From assembly GCA_009877105.1 (NCBI GenBank), contig WXFD01000043.1, positions 55,602 to 119,601 on the forward strand: a DNA stretch of 64,000 nt, written 5' to 3'. The stretch comes from Bacteroidales bacterium (GTDB taxonomy: Bacteria > Bacteroidota > Bacteroidia > Bacteroidales > VadinHA17). The position numbers and the translations under genes were made by a program. The notes beneath the pieces are model-generated. The model did not search any database. It was not told the origin of the DNA and saw only the letters and a program-made list of their open reading frames with translations. This document shows, piece after piece, positions 57,035-64,000 of this stretch (positions are counted from its first letter, which is position 1; each line of letters starts with the position of its first letter).

Positions 57035-57108
57035 GCCGATGTAGCTCAGTTGGTCAGAGCAGCTGATTTGTAATCTGCAGGTCGGGGGTTCGAATCCCTT
57101 CATCGGCT
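57035..57108 (+). tRNA. tRNA-Thr (anticodon TGT)
   Basis: The cloverleaf was read by hand: acceptor GCCGATG/CATCGGC, D-arm GCTC..GAGC, anticodon loop TTTGTAA, T-loop TTCGAAT. There is one U-U mismatch in the anticodon stem. Confidence 0.85.
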
Positions 57109-57156
57109 CTTGAAAGAGTGGTAAATGTATGTCTTGGGAAAAAACTCTGCTTCAAG

Positions 57157-57239
57157 GGGGAGATACCAAAGCGGCCAACTGGGGCAGACTGTAAATCTGC
57201 TGGCGAATGCCTTCGTAGGTTCGAATCCTGCTCTCCCCA
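57157..57239 (+). tRNA. tRNA-Tyr (anticodon GTA)
   Basis: Acceptor GGGGAGA/TCTCCCC, anticodon arm GCAGA-CTGTAAA-TCTGC, a long variable arm and T-loop TTCGAAT. Confidence 0.9.
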
Positions 57240-57311
57240 CTTAAACAGTTTTTTACCTGTATCCTTTACCGTTTTAAGGTATTATTTACAGGCCCTCACA
57301 GATGATATTAC

Positions 57312-57384
57312 GCGGGAGTAGCTCAGTTGGTAGAGCATTAGCCTTCCAAGCTAAGGGTCGCGGATTCGAGCTCCGTCTCCCGCT
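57312..57384 (+). tRNA. tRNA-Gly (anticodon TCC)
   Basis: Acceptor GCGGGAG/CTCCCGC, anticodon arm TTAGC-CTTCCAA-GCTAA and T-loop TTCGAGC. Confidence 0.9.
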
Positions 57385-57395
57385 CACTTTTTGAT

Positions 57396-57467
57396 GCCAG
57401 AGTAGCTCAGGGGTAGAGCACTTCCTTGGTAAGGAAGGGGTCAGGGGTTCAATTCCCCTCTCCGGCT
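57396..57467 (+). tRNA. tRNA-Thr (anticodon GGT)
   Basis: Acceptor GCCAGAG/CTCCGGC (one A-C mismatch), anticodon arm CTTCC-TTGGTAA-GGAAG and T-arm AGGGG-TTCAATT-CCCCT. Confidence 0.88.
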
Positions 57468-57525
57468 CAACTTGATAATGATTTAAATCTGAATGTAATA
57501 AACTAAATTTAATAAGCTTGAAGTT

Positions 57526-58713
57526 ATGGCAAAGGAAAAATTTGACAGGTCGAAACCGCATGTGAATATTGGTACAATTGGTCATATTGACCATGGCAAA
57601 ACCACCCTGACTGCGGCGATCACAATGGTTCTTCATAAAAAAGGTCTCTCGGAAATCAGGGATTTTGACTCGATTGATAATGCACCCGAGGAAAAGGAAA
57701 GGGGTATTACCATCAATACATCTCATGTTGAGTACCAGACAGCAAACCGTCACTATGCGCATGTTGACTGCCCTGGTCACGCCGACTATATCAAGAACAT
57801 GGTTACAGGTGCTGCCCAGATGGATGGTGCGATCCTCGTCGTTGCAGCAACTGACGGTCCGATGCCACAGACCCGTGAGCACATCCTGCTCGCCCGCCAG
57901 GTAAATGTGCCCAAGGTTCTCGTTTTTATGAATAAGGTTGATATGGTTGACGATGAGGAACTGCTTGACCTTGTTGAGATGGAGGTGCGCGACCTGCTTA
58001 ATTTTTACAAGTTCGACGGCGACAATGTTCCGGTTATCCGCGGATCGGCCCTGGGAGCAATGCATGGAGAGCCAAAATGGGAAGATAAGGTAATGGAACT
58101 CATGGATGCTGTTGATTCATATATTCCCGTTCCCCCCCGTGATAATCAGAAACCATTCCTGATGCCGGTGGAAGACGTATTCTCAATTACCGGCCGTGGT
58201 ACAGTGGCAACGGGCCGTATCGAGACGGGAGTTGTCCTTACAGGTGATGAACTCGAAATGATCGGACTCGGCGTGGAAAAACGCAAAACCGTATGTACCG
58301 GTGTGGAAATGTTCCGCAAGATACTCGACAAGGGAGAAGCCGGAGATAATGTCGGCCTGCTCCTCAGGGGCGTGGATAAGAAAGAAATCAAAAGGGGAAT
58401 GGTTCTTGCAAAACCGGGCTCAATAACACCGCATACCAAGTTCAAGTCCGAAATCTATGTTCTTAAAAAAGAGGAAGGCGGACGTCATACACCTTTTCAT
58501 AACAAATACCGTCCGCAGTTTTATATCAGGACGCTTGATATCACAGGCGAAATAACACTTCCTGAAGGAAGGGAAATGGTTATGCCGGGCGATAACGTCA
58601 CAATTACCGTGGAGCTGATTTATCCGGTCGCAATCAATGTCGGACTGCGTTTTGCAATCCGTGAAGGAGGCAGAACAGTCGGAGCCGGAGCTGTAACTGA
58701 AATTCTTGAGTAA
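57526..58713 (+). CDS. tuf: Elongation factor Tu
   Basis: 395 aa with [41 protein letters not shown] and NKVD. Confidence 0.98.
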   Translation: MAKEKFDRSKPHVNIGTIGHIDHGKTTLTAAITMVLHKKGLSEIRDFDSIDNAPEEKERGITINTSHVEYQTANRHYAHVDCPGHADYIKNMVTGAAQMDGAILVVAATDGPMPQTREHILLARQVNVPKVLVFMNKVDMVDDEELLDLVEMEVRDLLNFYKFDGDNVPVIRGSALGAMHGEPKWEDKVMELMDAVDSYIPVPPRDNQKPFLMPVEDVFSITGRGTVATGRIETGVVLTGDELEMIGLGVEKRKTVCTGVEMFRKILDKGEAGDNVGLLLRGVDKKEIKRGMVLAKPGSITPHTKFKSEIYVLKKEEGGRHTPFHNKYRPQFYIRTLDITGEITLPEGREMVMPGDNVTITVELIYPVAINVGLRFAIREGGRTVGAGAVTEILE

Positions 58714-58786
58714 AAACCGGAGAATATATAATCTGAGTAATATATTTTCCGCTTTCGGGAAATTTATTGAAATCTGAACTTTTTAA

Positions 58787-58859
58787 ACGGGTGTAGCTCA
58801 GTTGGTAGAGCACTGGTCTCCAAAACCAGGTGTCGGGAGTTCGAGTCTCTCCTCCCGTG
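58787..58859 (+). tRNA. tRNA-Trp (anticodon CCA)
   Basis: Anticodon arm CTGGT-CTCCAAA-ACCAG, T-arm GGGAG-TTCGAGT-CTCTC and acceptor ACGGGTG/CTCCCGT (one mismatch). It holds the conserved position between tuf and secE. Confidence 0.88.
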
Positions 58860-58882
58860 CAAAAATACAGGACCCTTAAACT

Positions 58883-59074
58883 ATGGACATCAAAGGATAT
58901 TTCAGGGAATCTTATACGGAGCTTATTCATAAGGTCACATGGCCCACATGGACCGAACTTCAGAACAGCGGAGTCCTCGTACTTGTTGCAACCCTTATCA
59001 TTTCACTCATTGTTGCAGCCATGGATTTCAGCTTCAGTCGTATTATGGAATTTATATACAGTTTGTTATTTTAA
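58883..59074 (+). CDS. secE: Preprotein translocase subunit SecE
   Basis: 63 aa with a single C-terminal TM helix, the [14 protein letters not shown] motif, and a position before nusG. Confidence 0.9.
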   Translation: MDIKGYFRESYTELIHKVTWPTWTELQNSGVLVLVATLIISLIVAAMDFSFSRIMEFIYSLLF

Positions 59075-59091
59075 GCAGGAGATCAGTTCCG

Positions 59092-59640
59092 ATGAGCGAG
59101 AATATTAAGAAGTGGTATGTGCTTCGGGCTATTGGAGGGAAGGAAAAGAAGGTGAAGGAATACATCGACAATGAGGTTGCCCGTCTCAAACTTGAAGAAT
59201 ATGTTTCTCAGGTACTTATCCCTACAGAGAAAGTATACCAGATACGATCGGGGAAAAAAATAAGCAAGGAAAGAACATTTTTCCCGGGTTATGTCCTGGT
59301 CGAAGCGGTCCTCGTAGGTGAAATACCACATCTCTTGAGAAATATTCCCAATGTCCTGGGATTTCTGGGTTCGCAGGATGGAGAGCCTGTTCCTCTCAGG
59401 AAACCCGAAATCAACAGGATCCTGGGAAAAGTTGATGAACTTAACGCCAGTGATGAGGAACTCACAATCCCCTTCTTCGTGGGAGAATCGGTGAAAGTTA
59501 TCGACGGACCCTTCAACAGTTTTACAGGGATTATCGAAGAGGTGAATGAAGAAAAGAAAAAACTCAAGGTGATGGTTAAGATTTTTGGCAGGAAAACACC
59601 TCTTGAACTAAGTTTTATGCAGGTTGAAAAAGAAAATTAA
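59092..59640 (+). CDS. nusG: Transcription termination/antitermination factor NusG
   Basis: The ATG at 59092 gives [29 protein letters not shown] motif ([22 protein letters not shown]) is present. 182 aa. Confidence 0.93.
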   Translation: MSENIKKWYVLRAIGGKEKKVKEYIDNEVARLKLEEYVSQVLIPTEKVYQIRSGKKISKERTFFPGYVLVEAVLVGEIPHLLRNIPNVLGFLGSQDGEPVPLRKPEINRILGKVDELNASDEELTIPFFVGESVKVIDGPFNSFTGIIEEVNEEKKKLKVMVKIFGRKTPLELSFMQVEKEN

Positions 59641-59650
59641 TTGAAGATAT

Positions 59651-59693
59651 TGACGGTTATAATAACAATATAATGCTTCCTGAGTAACCGTCA
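59651..59693 (+). promoter_or_regulatory. Leader stem-loop upstream of rplK (9-bp perfect stem TGACGGTTA/TAACCGTCA)
   Basis: An inverted repeat at 59651-59659 / 59685-59693 with a 25-nt loop, 33 nt before the rplK ATG. Confidence 0.4.
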
Positions 59694-59725
59694 GGCTCTC
59701 GCAATAAACACGCAAATTTAAAATT

Positions 59726-60148
59726 ATGGCAAAAGAAGTTGCTGGAATTATTAAGTTACAGATTCGTGGCGGAGCAGCCAATCCATCTCCTCCTGTGGGC
59801 CCTGCTCTGGGTTCCAAAGGAGTCAATATCATGGATTTCTGCAAGCAATTCAATGCCAGGACCCAGGATAAGGCTGGAAAGGTTATACCGGTAGTCATTA
59901 CAGTATATACTGACAAATCGTTTGATTTCGTAACCAAGACACCACCGGTAGCTGTTCAGCTTCTTGATGTGGCCAAATCCAAGAAAGGTTCCAAGGAACC
60001 CAACAGGGAGAAGATTGCATCAGTGACAAGGGACCAGGTAAGGGCGATTGCACAGGAAAAAATGGAAGACTTGAACTGTTTCACACTCGAGTCAGCCATA
60101 AAGATGGTCAGTGGCACCGCCAGAAGTATGGGGATAAGCATTAAGTGA
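59726..60148 (+). CDS. rplK: 50S ribosomal protein L11
   Basis: 140 aa. [29 protein letters not shown]. Confidence 0.97.
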   Translation: MAKEVAGIIKLQIRGGAANPSPPVGPALGSKGVNIMDFCKQFNARTQDKAGKVIPVVITVYTDKSFDFVTKTPPVAVQLLDVAKSKKGSKEPNREKIASVTRDQVRAIAQEKMEDLNCFTLESAIKMVSGTARSMGISIK

Positions 60149-60179
60149 GTCCCGGCAATTAATTAATCAATCAGAAGAA

Positions 60180-60875
60180 ATGACTAAACTTACCAAAAAC
60201 CAGAAGCTTGCCCTGGAAAAACTGGACAGGAATAAGCTTTATACGTTGACAGAAGCATCCTCGCTGGTTAAGGAGATCACCAAAACCAGGTTCGATGCAT
60301 CAGTCGATCTGGACGTAAGGTTAGGTATCGATCCAAGAAAATCCAATCAAATGGTACGCGGCGTGGTTTCCCTTCCTCATGGTACGGGCAAGCAAACCCG
60401 TGTACTGGTCCTCTGTACTCCCGATAAGGAGGCGGAAGCAAAGGAAGCAGGTGCCGATTACGTCGGCCTTGATGATTTTATTGAGAAAATAAAAGGTGGC
60501 TGGACCGATATTGATGTTATAATAACCATGCCGTCCGTAATGGGTAAAGTAGGTCAGTTAGGCAGGATCCTCGGTCCGCGCGGACTGATGCCAAATCCCA
60601 AAAGTGGAACAGTTACAATGGAAATTGGCAAGGCTGTTAAGGAAGTAAAACAGGGAAAGATTGATTTCAAGGTCGACAAAACCGGAATCATTCATACCTC
60701 CATAGGAAAGGTCTCTTTCGAGGCACAGAAAATCGTCGAAAATGCCAGGGAGTTTATCCATACGGTAAACAAACTTAAACCCGCGGCTGCCAAAGGAACC
60801 TACATACGTAGCCTGTTCCTTTCAAGCACTATGAGCCCTGGTATAAAAATTGACCCCAAAGGTCTTGATGATTAG
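60180..60875 (+). CDS. rplA: 50S ribosomal protein L1
   Basis: 231 aa. [24 protein letters not shown] and [11 protein letters not shown]. Confidence 0.97.
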   Translation: MTKLTKNQKLALEKLDRNKLYTLTEASSLVKEITKTRFDASVDLDVRLGIDPRKSNQMVRGVVSLPHGTGKQTRVLVLCTPDKEAEAKEAGADYVGLDDFIEKIKGGWTDIDVIITMPSVMGKVGQLGRILGPRGLMPNPKSGTVTMEIGKAVKEVKQGKIDFKVDKTGIIHTSIGKVSFEAQKIVENAREFIHTVNKLKPAAAKGTYIRSLFLSSTMSPGIKIDPKGLDD

Positions 60876-60901
60876 TTCATTATGTATTAACTCGAAAAAT
60901 T

Positions 60902-61423
60902 ATGAGACGCGAAGAGAAAACCGCTATAATAGACAGCCTTGCGGAAAGACTGAAAGAGTACAGCCACTTTTACCTGACTGATACTGCCCAGCTTGATGCC
61001 GCTGATACAAGCGATCTGAGAAGAAAATGTTTTGAAAACGATGTCAAGCTTGTCGTTGTCAAAAACACACTGCTTAAAAGAGCGCTTGAAATGTCTGAGG
61101 GTAACTTTGAAGAACTGTATCCGGTTCTGAAAGGTACCACGTCCGTCATGTTTTCCCAAACCGGTAATATGCCGGCCAAACTGATAAAGGAATTCAGGAA
61201 GAAGCATGACAAGCCTGTCCTTAAGGGAGCTTACGTCCAGGAATCTATTTATATCGGAGATAACATGCTTGATGCACTTGTCTCCGTGAAAACAAGGGAA
61301 GAACTGATCGGAGACATTATTCTCCTCCTTCAGTCCCCGGCCAGGAATGTAATATCAGCCTTGCAGTCAGGCGGAAATAAAATCCATGGTGTTCTTGAAA
61401 CACTTTCAAAGAAACAAGAGTAA
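60902..61423 (+). CDS. rplJ: 50S ribosomal protein L10
   Basis: 173 aa. It begins MRREEKTAIIDSLAERLKE and lies between rplA and rplL. Confidence 0.93.
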   Translation: MRREEKTAIIDSLAERLKEYSHFYLTDTAQLDAADTSDLRRKCFENDVKLVVVKNTLLKRALEMSEGNFEELYPVLKGTTSVMFSQTGNMPAKLIKEFRKKHDKPVLKGAYVQESIYIGDNMLDALVSVKTREELIGDIILLLQSPARNVISALQSGGNKIHGVLETLSKKQE

Positions 61424-61453
61424 AAAAAAGTCAAACAATTAAAATTCTATAAA

Positions 61454-61831
61454 ATGGCAGATCTTAAGAAATTTGCAGAGGAACTGGTTAACCTTTCTGT
61501 TAAGGAAGTAAATGAACTGGCAAAGATACTGAAAGAAGAATATGGTATTGAACCCGCTGCTGCAGCTGTTGCAGTAGCCGGCCCTGCTGCCAGCAATGAC
61601 GCACCCAAGGCTGAGGAAAAATCCACATTCGACGTTATCCTCAAGTCTCCGGGCGGACAGAAATTACAAATTGTTAAACTGGTGAAGGATATTACCGGCC
61701 TCGGTCTGAAAGAAGCCAAGGCAGTTGTCGATGCTGCTCCCTCACCCGTCAAGGAAGGTGTTTCGAAAGAAGAAGCAGAAGCTATTAAAGGTCAATTGGT
61801 AGACGCAGGAGCTGAAGTTGAACTTAAATAA
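61454..61831 (+). CDS. rplL: 50S ribosomal protein L7/L12
   Basis: 125 aa with an Ala-rich hinge and the C-terminal domain [19 protein letters not shown]. Confidence 0.97.
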   Translation: MADLKKFAEELVNLSVKEVNELAKILKEEYGIEPAAAAVAVAGPAASNDAPKAEEKSTFDVILKSPGGQKLQIVKLVKDITGLGLKEAKAVVDAAPSPVKEGVSKEEAEAIKGQLVDAGAEVELK

Positions 61832-61855
61832 GTCATACCTGTTTAAGGGTCTGTA

Positions 61856-61900
61856 GGTTTGGTCCCGGACATTTTCGGGACCAGACCTTTACGTTCTTTA
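61856..61900 (+). terminator. rplL-rpoB intergenic attenuator/terminator hairpin
   Basis: A 12-bp stem, GGTTTGGTCCCG (61856-61867) / CGGGACCAGACC (61876-61887), with an 8-nt loop, followed by the T-rich TTTACGTTCTTT. Confidence 0.65.
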
Positions 61901-61929
61901 AATTATAAGTTCACTTAATCCTTTTTTAA

Positions 61930-64000
61930 ATGTCCTCAAAAAATACTGAAAGAATTAGTTTTGCTTCCAGGAAAAATCAATTGGATTACCCTGATTTTCT
62001 GGAAGTTCAGTTAAAATCATTCGGTGAGTTCTTCCAGCTCGGAACCACTCCCGAAAACAGAAAAAAAGAAGGACTCTTCAAGGTCTTTACAGAGAATTTC
62101 CCGATAACCGACACTCGAAACAATTTCGTACTTGAATTTCTGGATTATTACATCGATCCTCCACGTTATACAATTGAAGAATGTATTGAACGGGGCCTGA
62201 CATTCAGTGTCCCTCTTAAAGCAAAGCTCAAACTTTACTGCACTGATCCCGAACACGAGGATTTTGATACCGTTATTCAGGATGTTTACCTCGGAACAGT
62301 TCCATACATGACTGAAAGAGGAACATTTGTCATTAACGGTGCAGAAAGGGTGGTTGTATCCCAGCTTCACCGTTCGCCAGGTGTTTTTTTCGGACAAAGC
62401 GTGCACGCCAACGGCACAAAATTATACTCCGCCAGGATCATTCCTTTCAAGGGATCATGGATTGAATTTGCCACTGACATCAACAATGTGATGTATGCCT
62501 ATATCGACAGGAAGAAAAAACTTCCCGTTACCACTCTTTTAAGGGCAATTGGCTTTGAAAGCGACAAGGAGATCCTTGAAATCTTCAACCTGGCTGAAGA
62601 ACACAAGGTGTCGAAAACAAATATCAAGAAACTTGTTGGCCGCAAACTTGCTGCAAGGGTTCTTAAAACCTGGACGGAGGACTTTGTTGATGAGGATACC
62701 GGGGAAGTGGTAACCATCGAAAGAAATGAGGTTATCCTCGACCGTGAAACTGTCATTGAAGCGGACCATGTGGACATGATAGTTGACTCCGGAGCCAAGG
62801 CCATCCTTCTTCACAGGGATGATACGAGCCTTTCGGACTTCGCCATAATTTACAATACACTTCAGAAGGATCCCTGCAATTCTGAAAAAGAAGCGGTAAT
62901 TTACATTTACCGTCAGCTCAGGAATGCCGAGCCGCCAGATGAGGCAACGGCCCGGGATGTAATTGAAAAGCTCTTTTTCTCCGACAAGCGTTATGACCTG
63001 GGTGAAGTTGGCCGTTACAGAATAAACACCAAGCTTGGCCTTGACACTGAAATGAGTTTAAAGGTCCTGACCAAGGAAGATATCATTAAAATAATAGAAT
63101 ACCTGATTGAACTGATCAACTCAAAGACAGATATAGATGATATAGATCATCTTAGTAACAGGAGGGTCAGAACCGTCGGCGAACAGCTTTATGCACAGTT
63201 CGGCGTTGGTCTCGCAAGAATGGCACGGACCATAAGGGAGAGGATGAACGTTCGCGACAATGAAGTCTTTACTCCTGTCGATCTTATTAATGCAAAAACC
63301 CTGTCCTCAGTGATCAATTCCTTTTTTGGGACCAATCAGCTTTCACAGTTTATGGATCAGACCAATCCGCTTGCTGAAATGACGCATAAGCGGAGGATGT
63401 CGGCGCTGGGTCCGGGCGGCCTTTCCCGTGATCGTGCCGGATTTGAGGTAAGGGACGTTCATTATACACATTATGGGCGTCTGTGTCCGATAGAGACACC
63501 TGAAGGACCCAATATCGGCCTTATTTCCTCTTTGTGTGTTTATGCCAAGATCAACGATCTCGGGTTTATTGAAACTCCCTATCTTAAGGTTAAGGACGCC
63601 AGGGTCGATTTCAGCCCGGAAGGAATAGTATGGCTGAGTGCAGAAGAAGAGGAGGAAAAAATGATTGCCCAGGCAAATGCGCCGTTGCTCAAGAATGGCC
63701 AATTTGAGAACCCGAGGGCAAAATGCAGGTATGAGGCCGATTATCCTTTTGAGGATGTTACAAAGGTTGACCTTATGGACGTTGCCCCCAACCAGATCGC
63801 CTCAATTGCCGCTTCACTTATTCCTTTTCTTGAACATGATGACGCCAACAGGGCCCTTATGGGATCAAACATGATGCGCCAGGCAGTACCCCTCATAAAT
63901 CCTGAGTCTCCCATTGTTGGAACAGGCCTTGAAGGAAAGGTGATAAAGGACAGCAGGATACTTTTTGTGGCTGAGGGCGACGGTGTCGTGGAGTATGTGG
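61930..64000 (+). CDS. rpoB: DNA-directed RNA polymerase beta subunit (5' partial, continues beyond window)
   Basis: Open frame from the ATG at 61930 to the window end, absent from the track because it has no stop. Translation starts [31 protein letters not shown]...[24 protein letters not shown]. Confidence 0.95.
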   Translation, partial: MSSKNTERISFASRKNQLDYPDFLEVQLKSFGEFFQLGTTPENRKKEGLFKVFTENFPITDTRNNFVLEFLDYYIDPPRYTIEECIERGLTFSVPLKAKLKLYCTDPEHEDFDTVIQDVYLGTVPYMTERGTFVINGAERVVVSQLHRSPGVFFGQSVHANGTKLYSARIIPFKGSWIEFATDINNVMYAYIDRKKKLPVTTLLRAIGFESDKEILEIFNLAEEHKVSKTNIKKLVGRKLAARVLKTWTEDFVDEDTGEVVTIERNEVILDRETVIEADHVDMIVDSGAKAILLHRDDTSLSDFAIIYNTLQKDPCNSEKEAVIYIYRQLRNAEPPDEATARDVIEKLFFSDKRYDLGEVGRYRINTKLGLDTEMSLKVLTKEDIIKIIEYLIELINSKTDIDDIDHLSNRRVRTVGEQLYAQFGVGLARMARTIRERMNVRDNEVFTPVDLINAKTLSSVINSFFGTNQLSQFMDQTNPLAEMTHKRRMSALGPGGLSRDRAGFEVRDVHYTHYGRLCPIETPEGPNIGLISSLCVYAKINDLGFIETPYLKVKDARVDFSPEGIVWLSAEEEEEKMIAQANAPLLKNGQFENPRAKCRYEADYPFEDVTKVDLMDVAPNQIASIAASLIPFLEHDDANRALMGSNMMRQAVPLINPESPIVGTGLEGKVIKDSRILFVAEGDGVVEYV

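Noticed and set aside
57286-58065. 259-aa minus-strand ORF overlapping three tRNA genes and the 5' half of tuf
   Set aside because: It is antisense to unmistakable tRNA cloverleaves and to EF-Tu. It has no recognisable motifs and looks like a typical stop-poor antisense frame of a highly biased gene.
58939-59091. Upstream extension of the nusG ORF overlapping secE
   Set aside because: The extension overlaps secE in another frame. The canonical NusG N-terminus ([12 protein letters not shown]) starts at 59092.

Overview
The window reads as a chromosomal segment of a Bacteroidota (Bacteroidia-type) genome, and most of it is conserved housekeeping. Lineage evidence visible in the sequence: TTTG-N(18-21)-TAnnTTTG promoter geometry upstream of several genes, a 287-aa primary sigma factor, a Rho with a long N-terminal insertion, a tmRNA encoding the tag GEYNYALAA, a DUF4199/GT2 pair, and a PorT-like gene after ubiE. 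The right end has the classic order rpsU-xerC-hpf-tRNA(Thr,Tyr,Gly,Thr)-tuf-tRNA(Trp)-secE-nusG-rplKAJL-rpoB, with rpoB running off the window. Other core genes are nifJ (PFOR), rho, rpoD, rpe, miaA, gap, def, ruvX, trkAH, comEC, comEA, tsaC, msrBA, ubiE, tmRNA (ssrA) and SRP RNA (ffs). The only accessory-looking stretch is 5.6-18.8 kb. It starts just past the ssrA promoter with two inverted arrays of degenerate heptamer repeats. Nine co-directional genes for exported or membrane hydrolases follow: an M14 peptidase, a Tat-signal carbon-nitrogen hydrolase, a Tat-lipoprotein amidohydrolase with an overlapping signal-less partner, an unassigned 552-aa protein, a six-hairpin glycosidase, a GH38 mannosidase, a DUF1080 protein and a DUF5009 acetyltransferase. 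No SusC/SusD pair or regulator lies among them. I found no CRISPR array, transposase, phage genes, toxin-antitoxin pair or recognisable defence system. The proposals below are therefore modest hypotheses, not a claim of a clear novel system. All calls come from reading the sequence and translated ORFs by eye, with no database search.
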